From Catajapyx aquilonaris (taxonomy: Eukaryota), in the NCBI GenBank assembly GCA_000934665.2, contig KZ538468.1, forward strand, positions 1-64,000: a stretch of DNA of 64,000 bases. Direction: 5' to 3'. Positions 52,814 to 64,000 of this stretch are shown piece after piece. The position numbers and the translations under genes were made by a program. Below the pieces are notes generated by a model that worked only from the letters and a program-made list of their open reading frames with translations, was not told the DNA's origin and did not search any database. Within the stretch, counting starts at the first letter, position 1; the number at the start of each line of letters is the position of its first letter.

Positions 52814-55800
52814 TACACATATGGGAATACGATTACTTACCTCACCTTTCCTTTCTCTCTCCTCCAATTAAATATACAGGGTATCACCTGGAATTGGTCA
52901 CGAATGGATATACAGAAAGGCCCTGTTTTACGATGTTTCACATTAACTACCTTTCCTAAATCTTTAACAATGAAATAATTTTAAACACATTTTGAAAATG
53001 ACAAAAAATCTAAATATGAACACATCGCTGCAACACTTCTCACTGTCAGTCCAAACATACTACTGCATAGGCACTTCCTTTGTTTTTTGTGGTGCATTGT
53101 GGCAGGGTCTATAGATATGTATACAGGTAGGCTTACCTGTATACACATACCTATAGTCATTTGATGACTTTTCATTTTTCGACCTTGTTTTGCTGGAACC
53201 TAACCTTGTCGTAAAGCTGTAGTAAGTATATACGGAAACTTCCCTATATTTTTACTTAACGCTATTTGTCTTTTACTTTACGGCTTTCTTTCAGCAACAT
53301 AAAGAGATAATGGAACTATATAGAATAATATCATCAAATTAAATATACTGGAAGCTGAGTTGCAATAAAACAACGCAGTAATTTGCAAATTATACCGACT
53401 CTGCATTACAAATCGACCGAATCGTACACTAGCTTTACTGTAATATTAGTCGATCAGGTGATCATAAATTAATGAATTATACCGCTGTTTCTTGCTCCTT
53501 TACACGCCTCGGGCGCAAAAGTGCTCCACTTCATGCTCGAAAGAACAGCCAAGAAATCACTCACGCGACATTCAACTGACGTCATGAAATCCTGATTACG
53601 TTCATATCTGTACACTCAAATGAGCACCTGCGCATTTACAATTAACCATAACCTCACCCATCTTGTACCCGTTAACAGAAGAAATGTCCGCCATTTGAAG
53701 ATTGGATTCTCCGAAGAAAAAAAATATGACTTCCCGTTGCAACATCTGAAGCTTGACTCAGTTTTCATGATCGGCTAACCACCTGACGAGCTGAGAAGAA
53801 AAATGAATTTCGGCATCTATACGTAACCGGGGGGGGGGGGGGGGGGGGNGGGGGGGGGCTTCAGCCACATAAAAAATGTAGAATTGGGGTGAGTCTATCC
53901 ACTTTTTTAAAAAAAAGGTTGCTGCATCTGTTTCAAAGGAAGGGAATTGGCCATGTCAGCAGCTCTAAGGGGTTGGAAGGGAGCATTATTATCGCAACAA
54001 TTTTTGGGGGATTCGAGGTGAAAGTCCCGGGACGATGAACTTTGTTGATAGTTGCGGTTTTTTACCGCCTTCATTTTTTTTATATACCTTTGCTGCATGC
54101 GTGCGTTCGAGTAAACATTAAAATTCCCCTTTTATTGCTCCCAACTAATGGAGCAAATTACGCCAACTGCCACTCTAGATTTTCAGTCTCCTCCAAAAAT
54201 GTTATTGATATTTCTCCAACACATTTGCGGACCGATTAACATTTTTGTCAAGTTCAATGGGTACCTTGGTTTCTTCGGAACCTCTCATCAATGCGGCTTC
54301 TAATGAGGGACGCGACCCAGTGGGGGAGGTAAGATTCCATAGAAAAAGAACAAAAAAGAAAAAAAAACCTGCCCGAAACCTAAATGCTGTGTCGTGTTAA
54401 TACTAGTCGGTGTCTTTTTGTGGCTAATCCTAAGTGGAACTCTAATTCTCCTTTTTGGTTGTTACGCTAAAGGGTATCAAGAATGATTGCCCTTCCCTTG
54501 AAAACGTAAAAACAACCTAAATGGCTCCCAGCATATCAGGCCTATTTACATTAGGTTCAGCCATAAAGGAAAATTGATGTGAATCATGATAGTGGTATGG
54601 ATGTAACCCTTCGTCCCATGTCAAATCACGTTCACAAATTTTGGGAGTTCATTTCGTTTAGTAACAATAAACAGTGTTCTCCTGTAGCCATTAGTAGTGT
54701 GAAGAGCCTTGGGAGTTCTTTAGTGGATTGTGGTAGTTGCAATAACACACTCGGTCTGTTCTTGTTCCGTTATTTTGGCTGCAGTATGGTGAAAGAGATT
54801 TTGAAGTGTACGCTGTTTTAAGAGCATGTACTGTGTCATATTTTGGGAGGATAAACATGCACCAAATCTGCAGTGTTCATTATTGACATTAAAATTGCGT
54901 CCCCCCCATTAATACCCTGGTCAATGTGCAGGCTACTGCAGTACGTTGGGAGTAACACTCTGCAGTGTTTGTGTATTTACGGATGTACTATTTTTACTAC
55001 TTCTAAACACTGTACTCTACATTGCCTGCAACACCTAGAGTAATCACAGCACGTTGGGCCGCTGGAACATTCTGTTTGTGTACAGGACAGGCCTATTTTC
55101 TCAGTGACATTCTATCATTTACACCGGTGACAATTAGACCAAAGCACGTGCTTTGCTAACTATAGTAGTCAATATGGAATATAAGTCAATATTTTCGCCA
55201 ACAAGATAGGCTATTTAAATGCGGTCAATCATTGGATTTTTTTTACGAATTATCACACTAATTAATTCTGAAATCTCCAGGCAGAACACTTAAAACTCTT
55301 GCACATTTTTGAAGAGTTCACTACCAATTTCAAGATATTTCTACATTGTTTCCTGATGCCATCTGTTAAACCTAAAATTGAATTTCTCTTACACGAGCAT
55401 AAAAGGTAACAGAGCAGGTTGTATCAACTAAATGAAGTAAAATCTGATTATGTGTCGTAAATAGCTATATACGCATAATCAGATATTTTCCTTTATTTTT
55501 ATACAACTGGGCCTTAGAGCAGGGAATGACATTTTTACGTAGTTTTGTAAAATATTTTGCCAAGAATATTTGCCAAGAAATATTCTACACAACTAAAATG
55601 TCAAACGTCATCCAAAAGTTGGAGAATCGAATTAAGTAAAACCCAAAACAAATCTGGCCAGATTGCACCGGATACACTTGCTATTGCTTAGAATATTCAT
55701 ATACATGCGCACATCTGCACTGAATAACTTTGTACAGTACGTCTTGGAATATCAGGAGTTGAGATTTTATTCGCCACGTAATCCGAACAATGAAATTGTG

Positions 55801-57491
55801 TGTTTACTTGAGTTTTTAATAAAGGTTATGCATTGCAGAGCACCCGAAAAAAATAGTACCATGGTACAGTACTTACCATTCCGTGATCCAAATAGGCCTA
55901 CTTCAGAATACATCTGTTGTACATTCAAGTGAACGACATCTCAACCGGTGCGGTGCACGTTCACAAAGACAAAAAGTGACTGAGCCGCAATTTGCAAATA
56001 CTCCAGACATGTTGGCGTAATCGCCCTATTTATCTGCCTTATCACTCTCCTTCAAACAAATGGCCCTCATGTGCCCCATACGAATTTCGTACATTAATCA
56101 ACCTGCAAGAACTGAAACCCAGTGGTATATATGCAAATTAATAGAAAATATCCGGTTATAATATTCAAACGACATAATGGGATAATTTAGATTGATACAA
56201 CTGGACCCGCCCACGTAGTTCATCAGGTCATGTGCATGCGAATCTCGTTGATGATAATTTATAACTCATGCATAACGGCAACAAGGATATTCTTTTCGAT
56301 CTCACGATTTTGACACTCGAAACAAGCGATTCAGCAGTTGTAAGTAACTGTCCGTTTCTTTTACCACGATTATTTGTGGAGGAGCGAAGGGGTCCCGCTT
56401 GCCCCTAGGGCCTACAGGAGGAAGAGGTGATTATTAGGCGCGTTAATTGCACAGGTATAGCGTGCTGAGGCATCAAGTGGGGGGCCATTTAGATAGCTGC
56501 CACTTACACATCTTGTGGGCCCAGCTGCTTAATTAGACGGCCTAAGCGAGGCAAAGTCAGTGCAGAAGCCAGCCAGCCAGCCAGCCAGCTATTGATCCCA
56601 AAAAGGCCCTATAAGCTGCGAACAATAACATCACACGGGGCGGAAGGAAGTGGAAAAAGAGAATAAAGGCGTTTCCTGTGAACCCCATTGCCTTTTTCCC
56701 TGGCCTCTAAGAGCAAAACTGGTCCCGATAAGGATTTTCATTACGAGACTATTTCCGGGAGATCTCACAATCCTCTACCTCCCCCCTCCCTCCCCCCCTT
56801 CTACTATATACCGATGGCGTTGATAGGTGACGTGGGAAAACCTTTACTCACCGTTGGTCAAGGGGAGTTATTGTACTGCAAAACCTGCGCGCGGTGGCTA
56901 ATGATGTAACCTTACGTACACAATGCGGTAATTGAGAACTTTTCGCCCTACTCTTGCTCGCCTTCGGAATCGGGGCCTCTTAAGACGGTTAAGCGATGGT
57001 GATGACTTCCGGCCATTTTCCTTTTGTGCCACCTTACTGGTATGGTTGCGGTACATTAAGCAGAGTAAGGAACGGAAAGGACCCTTTCCGTATAAGGATC
57101 AGTACCGCACGCTTCCACCATTTTCATTCGATATTTTTTTTGTTATCGATGGCTGGTAGAGTGCGATGGCCGTATGTCACACAGATGGTTATGCGCAATT
57201 TTTTGCGATTTAATTTTGCAGCTGCAGGATATCTCGATTGTGAAGTTAATGTTCCGGGCTTCTGTAGTCCGATTTCAGCACGCGCACGCACATCAACCGT
57301 TAGTCGAAAATGAGTTCACGCTGCATCATCCAAATTGATGACGCCTGACTAATCCTCTTGCTAAAACTCGGTCTTGAAAGTTACAGCCTAAAGAATCACT
57401 AGTTGAGATATTTTTGTCACCTTTCATTTTCCGCTTGCGTTCAATAAGCTATGGGGACGTTGAAAACTCATCTTTTCGAAGCTAGTGTAAA

Positions 57492-57673
57492 CTAACCTAA
57501 CCTACCCTACCTAACATAACCTACCCTAACTAACCTAGGCTGAGAGAAATGGACTTTTGTGAAACCCTGCAAATCGAAATTGTGGGGACATGTCCCCACT
57601 ATAACGGTAACGTTCTGATGTGGGGACCCAAAATGTCCCCACAAGAGAAATTGTGGGGACAGTAGTCCCCACA
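57492..57673. repeat. Degenerate (CCTAA)n tract followed by three GTGGGGAC-N-GTCCCCAC palindromes
   Basis: (TAACC)-like units at 57492-57537; palindromes at 57582-57599, 57619-57643 and 57652-57673. Confidence 0.85.
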
Positions 57674-57947
57674 GTTACAGTAAAAACACATATACTTCCG
57701 GTCCCACAGCTTATTGAAGACAAGAACTGTATGTCCCGCGCCATCATGTGTATTCCGCAATGAAAATCAAAAGCCAAACGTTGACATCCAATTAATGCCT
57801 TATGGTCTGGTCGTTTGCTGATGTGATTAATGCAAAGCAAACAAATTAGACGAAATCACAGTAATAACCGATAAGCTTTTGCCGCTCTGTTATCCACTGA
57901 TGTGTCCACAGTGTCGACGTCCTTTAGTGACCACTGTTTGATATTGA

Positions 57948-58364
<417 letters not shown>

Positions 58365-58705
58365 TAAAAGAACATTATAGCCTGTATTTTGCTGAATGTG
58401 TTGAGACGAGCGATTACAGTAATGAAGGTGCTTAGTGGCCTGCAAAATATAAAGTTACAGGGGATGCGAAAATTTTGCACAAATGTACATCACATTGCTC
58501 TTGCACCGGGTATAGCGTCAAGAATGATGTGTTTTATAAGTTTGTTTTGAGATATGATAATTCCCTACAGCACCAAGTCCTTTACTTTTTATGAATACGT
58601 TGTATGTGAAGCGTCACTCATTTTTATTTTTCGACCTGTATAGTGTTAGCATTTTCACACCGTGACGCCTTAATATGAAACTGGCCCTGCAATAATAATG
58701 TAATA

Positions 58706-58970
58706 GGGCGACACGGTGGCCGAGTGGTTAGCGCCGCAGCCTTCCACCTCTAAGGTCCCGAGTTCGATCCCCGGGTCGGACGGAGGATACTTATGTGGAT
58801 AGAGTTTCGATGGGTTCTCTCCGTGTTCGCGTGGGTTTTCTCGGGGTTCTCCCGTTTCCTCCCACTATCAAAATCCATCACATTACAGGCAAATGATTAA
58901 AGTCGGTTATACAAAAGATGATCCCCTAAGAGGCCCAAGGGGCCTATCACGGGGTATCCATTATCATTAT
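58706..58970 (+). mobile_element. tRNA-derived SINE (family A), copy 2
   Basis: Near-identical to the 30417 copy. 15-bp TSD AATAATAATGTAATA at 58691-58705 and 58971-58985. Confidence 0.92.
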
Positions 58971-59144
58971 AATAATAATGTAATAATACAGTATATCTAA
59001 AGGCCTCAAACAATTATACGATAGTAATACACCTTACGATTTTTTTATAGGCCGATACTGTTATAACGATAATGAATATCCACTTTTTAATCCAGATTAG
59101 ATCATTAATATTACCATGCATTCCCTATACTTTCGCTCCGCTGC

Positions 59145-59325
59145 TGATGGATTTTCGTTGTGGGAGACAGCCAAAGAAAATCCACGCGAACACGGAGAGA
59201 ACCCATATAAACTATTTTAATATGAGAAATTTATCAGTCCGACCCGGCCGGGGATCGAATGGGGACCGCAGAGATGGAAGGCTGTGGCGCTAACCATTAG
59301 ACCGCGCGACACCACCAAGCGGCCC
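59145..59325 (-). mobile_element. Diverged SINE family A relative in inverted orientation
   Basis: Reverse complement reads ...tggttagcgccacagccttccatctctgcggtccccattcgatccccggccgggtcggac...atgggttctctccgtgttcgcgtggattttc...ctcccac...aaaatccatca. Confidence 0.8.
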
Positions 59326-62300
59326 GTAATATATCTCCTTTTTAACGGCCAGTTCTAAATAGAAGTGGTATATCGGCAGGGGAGAATTGATTAACACCCG
59401 ACAAAGGGAACGAATCAAAATATTATTTTTGCAAAAAAGTAGGTAAGGCGATGCATTTGAGATGCACTCCCACATCGATGTGCCTTAGACAAAATTGTCA
59501 AAGTCTGTTTTTTAACTGCGCAAGACAACAATTCTGAAAAGAATTGGACACTGGTACACCCAAGGGTACACCGGTAATCAGTATTTCATTAGTGCTGCCT
59601 CATACACTCCTTGACACTCCGTTGAACAATAACGCACCAATCCCAAACTGCTGCAATCAGTGAAAACGTGCCTGCATTTCAGACGAAAATGTACCGTTGC
59701 AAAGCAATTGCGAATCGATGACGTAAGTTGCAGCTAAGTTTTTGGCGCGGTATATGGGCAAAGTGGATGACCCTGCACGGTAGCAGTTAGGTGGTGTATA
59801 GGCCGGATAGTCGTCGGCCAATCCCCTCAGAGAAGGGTTGGGGGGGGGGGATGAGGGCAGGCTGGCGGAAGATGGGTTTTCTGCGCCCCGTTGCTCTGGC
59901 AACCGTTGTTAAATGGCGTGCTTTTCCCGCCTGGCTTGCAAAGGCGCACTTCCGCCCGCCTCCATGAAGCGCCGGAAGCGACCTGTTTCCACACAAAATG
60001 GCCGAGATGCCACACTCCAGCTACATCGCGTTTTTCTTACACACAAACACAGATATATGCGACACAGCTAGGCACATCAGTGAGACTTGCATGACGAAGT
60101 GTCATTTCTCACGCGATTTTATTCCCAGATTTGATATTTCATTTGACAATATATTGAAGAAACGAAACATAACAAACAAGCTATTAATCCTAACATTTAT
60201 ACCAGATTTAATCTTCGTAATAAATATGCATATATGACAATTATGATTCGATTATATATGTGACATTTAATCGCCTGCACATAGTTGTCGCTATCAAAGC
60301 ATGGCGTAAGATTGGCCATACACTTTAAAAAATTTAAATTGTCACTCAGATACATTAATTTGGAGGAAGTACATAAGTTTATTTCAATATGGCACATGTT
60401 TAGGAGGTGAGGGATTCAATCCTGCTTAACTCCCAGCTACTGCTTTGGTGGGAATTGTTCCGTTAGCCATTATTAATATATCGACGAAAACTCCCACACT
60501 CTTATGCTCTGACAACGCTGCCTAAGCTCGGCTGCTGTATAATAAAGCTCGGAAGGGCTAATAGGGTGCGGGTTCAAACAGGTTCTGATGCGCTTGAATG
60601 ATTCCCCCTCCAGCGCAAGGTGATTCAGAATTCATAGACGTAACATATCGGTAATCTCCCGTTGTATAATAGCGTTTTTTATAGTTTCTTTTTAATCTCA
60701 ATTATGTTTATTAAAAGCCGACCTTGAGATGGATAGAATGGACACATTTGTTATCGACTTATAAATAAAACTGAAACAATAATTTTAAAAGCGTAGTGTC
60801 GGTTGTGTAACTTCTGTGCATCACTCATTTGTGAAGATTTGTAGAATCATACAGCTCTCGTGTTGTTTTTAGCATTTTAATTGTTACGATGTGAAGCACT
60901 TGCGCAAGCCTGCACATAGCACATGATTTGCTGTAATTATTGTATCCACGCAAAGCTATTCCTGGGAGAAAATACTTCATACTGTATAAACGTATTTTTT
61001 AGGATCTTTAAATGGGAAAATTCTCAATTGGTTATATGGGACTTTGTTTTTTATTTTTTACAAATTTGTTCACAAATGTGCGTCACCATTTTTTTGAGTA
61101 GTCTATCGTTTAAAATGTAATTTATACAGCATATCGATATTATGTATTACCAGAAGGTAGAGTATAGGATCGGGAGAATTAGCAGTTACAAGTCACAAAA
61201 TGGTTTCAGTACTAAAAACCAATATAATTTATCTATTACTACACTCCCAAAACATACATCACTAAAATGTTACATGCCTCACAAAATATGCCCTGATTGG
61301 TACGTGACACTTGATGCCTTCGGTGTCGTCTTTAATATCCAACCTTAAGAAACTCACCCCTCAAAAAAAACAACTAGATTACCTTGTCACGTGAACCAAC
61401 TCATAAATAAGCGACCGAAGAAATAACCTAAACGGCAGGAGGGGGTGGAAAACTGGAAGGAAGAACGCACTCGAAAGAACCCTAAAAAAGAATGGTCAGA
61501 CCAGAATTGAACCTTTCATTAACGCAAAAGCCCCTTGTGTCTTCCAAAACGGTTGGGCTGAACTTTTATTCATAATGTGGTTTGCGTGAGGAGATTTTTT
61601 TATACTTCAAAACTGTGGCCAAGGAAACATTTTTATGGTCGTCAGAATCCACATTTTTTATATTTATATTCATTTGCGCATTTTGGTCAGGGATTCTCTT
61701 TGCCTCCCTCCTCTTCTCTCCTGGATGTATTTATGGAGCCAGGTCATGCAATGACGGTTTTAATGGCGAAGTGCACCGCGGAGAGTCTCACACGCAGCCA
61801 AGCAGATTATATACCGCCCATTCTTTCCACACCAGTGACATAATTATAATATAAGGCGGGAGGAGGTCCCTCAGCGCAACCGTGCTTTTCCAAGATCGGC
61901 ATTTTGCATTTTTCATTAGCCCCTCTCGCCAATTCAAATATCAATTTAGCGTGTGACCATATTCGCAACCGCGCAATTCCGCAAATTAATTCTGACTCTA
62001 AGAGGCGTAAATGCCTATGTGAACAGTCACGTCTAGCACGCGAGAAGATGAGGGGGTTTCCATGAGAGCCTAAGACACGGGATATCTAAATGTGCCTATG
62101 GATTTGCATAGGCTGGCACTAGCACGCTAAAATTCTGGCGCATAACCCCTCTTCCTAATTTGAATGCAAGCAGAGTCAAGCAAGCGAGCTGAGTCTAGCG
62201 TTCTTCCGGGTATAAGGCAGGCATACAATGCATTGTCTAATTTTATCCATGAGTGACCTGGGGTTGGGCATCACTTGAGTGCTCTTATGGAAAATTGCTC

Positions 62301-63340
62301 ATATGGTTGGTCGATGCACAAAATGACTCTTTCGTTTTGATCAACTGAGTCCTGTCCGGTTCGGTTTTAAAATGCTGGCTCTTCCAGCACTCAGTTATAA
62401 TCCGCCACTCTTGGTAATCCAATAATATGCCGCATGCCAACTGCGTATTTATTATACAGGTATGCGAATATAGTTGAGCGGCCGGGAAGTATTCCCAGAA
62501 ATCATGTGCATTTCTCGTGCCAGTGCTGTAAGGAAGTTTCAGGAATCCCTAGTCGTTAAGGGCCTCATACAGTTCCGTTCAATAGCTTTTACCGCGCATA
62601 GCTGTGGCGCTCTGGTCTGACTTTATACAAATAAAACGCACTATGATACTGTAGTTGGACTGGGGAGAGTCAATGTCGAGGCAGAAAATGAAGGGCATTG
62701 CCTTGTACCCAAAGGGAAAGACCCAAATGGCGTTTGTTCATCACTCGACTTGTTACCAATAGAGAAATAATCAGGACAGGTCTGGAACTATATACCATAT
62801 ACCATCACGCATCACCATACGGGAAAATTTGTGACGAATATTACCAGAAACTGACCAGAAACATTGCAGAGTGGAAGACAAAACCACAAATTAAGCTCTA
62901 TACATGCAGTGAGGTCTCGGGGCTGCATACACGTATCAATGGTGTGACCATCCCTGCAATTTTTATACTATTGGTCAATATATCTTAGCGAGTCCAACGA
63001 ACACAGTTCCCATTCATGTCGCTATATGTCACCTCACATCATCCATTAAACATATTCGCGTAGTTTTTTCCCGCCCTAATCACCCTAACGGGCGATTTCA
63101 CCTTCTGGATATGGTCTGTCCCATTGGTCCATGATTTAGTTATGCCCACGCATAATTTAACCAACAGTGAAGACATGACAACCAACCAACATGGACACTT
63201 ATGTATAAATCAAATACAGTATAACCCACATGTCAGGTGACAGATGAGTAGCGCCCACCTTCTAGTCATGATGTACTGTATGAGTAAAAATAGACAACTC
63301 TGAAACTGTTTTCTATATTATGTGGAATTCTCTTTGGCAG

Positions 63341-63547
63341 GACAAAATGGAAACGTCAGACAGCAGTCGGACTAGAGCTGCTGGCTGAAGCCGGCAACTA
63401 CGCCGCCTTGCAGCGTCTGTACGGAGCTGCGCCCTACGCATGGCCATACCCACCGGCGCCAACCATCGCCAGCCCAGTAGCAGCCTCGACCCTTGACCTC
63501 TACTATCGGCACGCTGCTTCCGCCCTACAGAAACCTCTGCCATACCG
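63341..63547 (+). CDS. BarH1: BarH homeobox protein, coding exon 3 (end of homeodomain and conserved C-flank)
   Basis: Acceptor ttctctttggcag|G. Encodes (R)TKWKRQTAVGLELLAEAGNYAALQRLYGAAPYAWPYPP...LDLYYRHAASALQKPLPY(R). Donor CG|GTACGA at 63547/63548. Confidence 0.95.
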
Positions 63548-63633
63548 GTACGACTCATTTCAATTGTGTGCCGCCGCACCTCACCACTAAGACTTGATTG
63601 AACTACAACTATCCTATCGACTCACTCCCCCAG

Positions 63634-63814
63634 GCTGTACCCATCGTTGGGCCTGCCCTCGTTGCCATCGGGGTCGGTCGAGGGCATGCCATCAGCACCG
63701 TTGACCCCTCTGACCTCGTCCAGTGCGACTTCCCTGCCCGCTTCGGCATCCCTGTCTTCGCTGTCTGCCTACTACAGCCGTGGAGACGGAACTCCATCCC
63801 AGCGGGTGCAGTGA
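63634..63814 (+). CDS. BarH1: BarH homeobox protein, terminal coding exon 4
   Basis: Acceptor ctcactcccccag|G after an 86-nt intron. Splicing gives QKPLPYR-LYP and a Ser/Pro-rich tail LYPSLGLPSLPSG...SLSSLSAYYSRGDGTPSQRVQ, with TGA at 63812-63814. Confidence 0.8.
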
Positions 63815-64000
63815 ACTTAATCGTGACCTCCTCTAGTATTTTCCACCTCACATCTTGACCCAAGGGTCAAAACACTACACATCTTCCAGAAGCCTAAAAT
63901 ACCAATGATGTAAAAACCCTCCCCAACCCCCTCCCCAGCCAGCCCCCTGCCTTGTCCAAACTCAACTGTCAGAGGCTTTGAACATAACGGTGGGGGTATT

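Noticed and set aside
54945..55058. Possible decayed MITE flanked by ACGTTGGG direct repeats
   Set aside because: Inverted termini are too degenerate to call.
57582..57673. Palindromic repeats as a CRISPR-like array
   Set aside because: Only three short units with irregular 8-19 nt gaps, no cas genes, and a eukaryotic intron context.

Overview
Eukaryotic, AT-rich invertebrate genomic DNA (probably arthropod, judging from the homeodomain-flanking motifs). The only protein-coding gene I can support is a + strand BarH-class (B-H1/B-H2, BARHL) homeobox gene. It has four phase-compatible coding exons (37833-38433, 57964-58255, 63341-63547, 63634-63814; 426 aa from the first ATG), a 19.5-kb first coding intron and a probable non-coding first exon near 32.7-32.87 kb. 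The upstream ~32 kb is a gene desert of GC-richer, enhancer-like blocks separated by AT-rich spacers. The spacers hold many short non-autonomous elements: several tRNA-derived SINE families with target-site duplications (TSDs), MITEs of Tc1/mariner, pogo/Tigger, hAT/P and CACTG type, a foldback element and a mariner transposase fossil. I found no prokaryotic operon, CRISPR array or convincing new multi-gene system. The most interesting signals are the TGA-ATG uORF arrangement at the BarH start, the eh1 plus PxDLS repressor motifs, modular SINEs sharing body and 3' stem-loop modules, and several structured repeats inside BarH introns. All calls were made by eye; no database searches were run.
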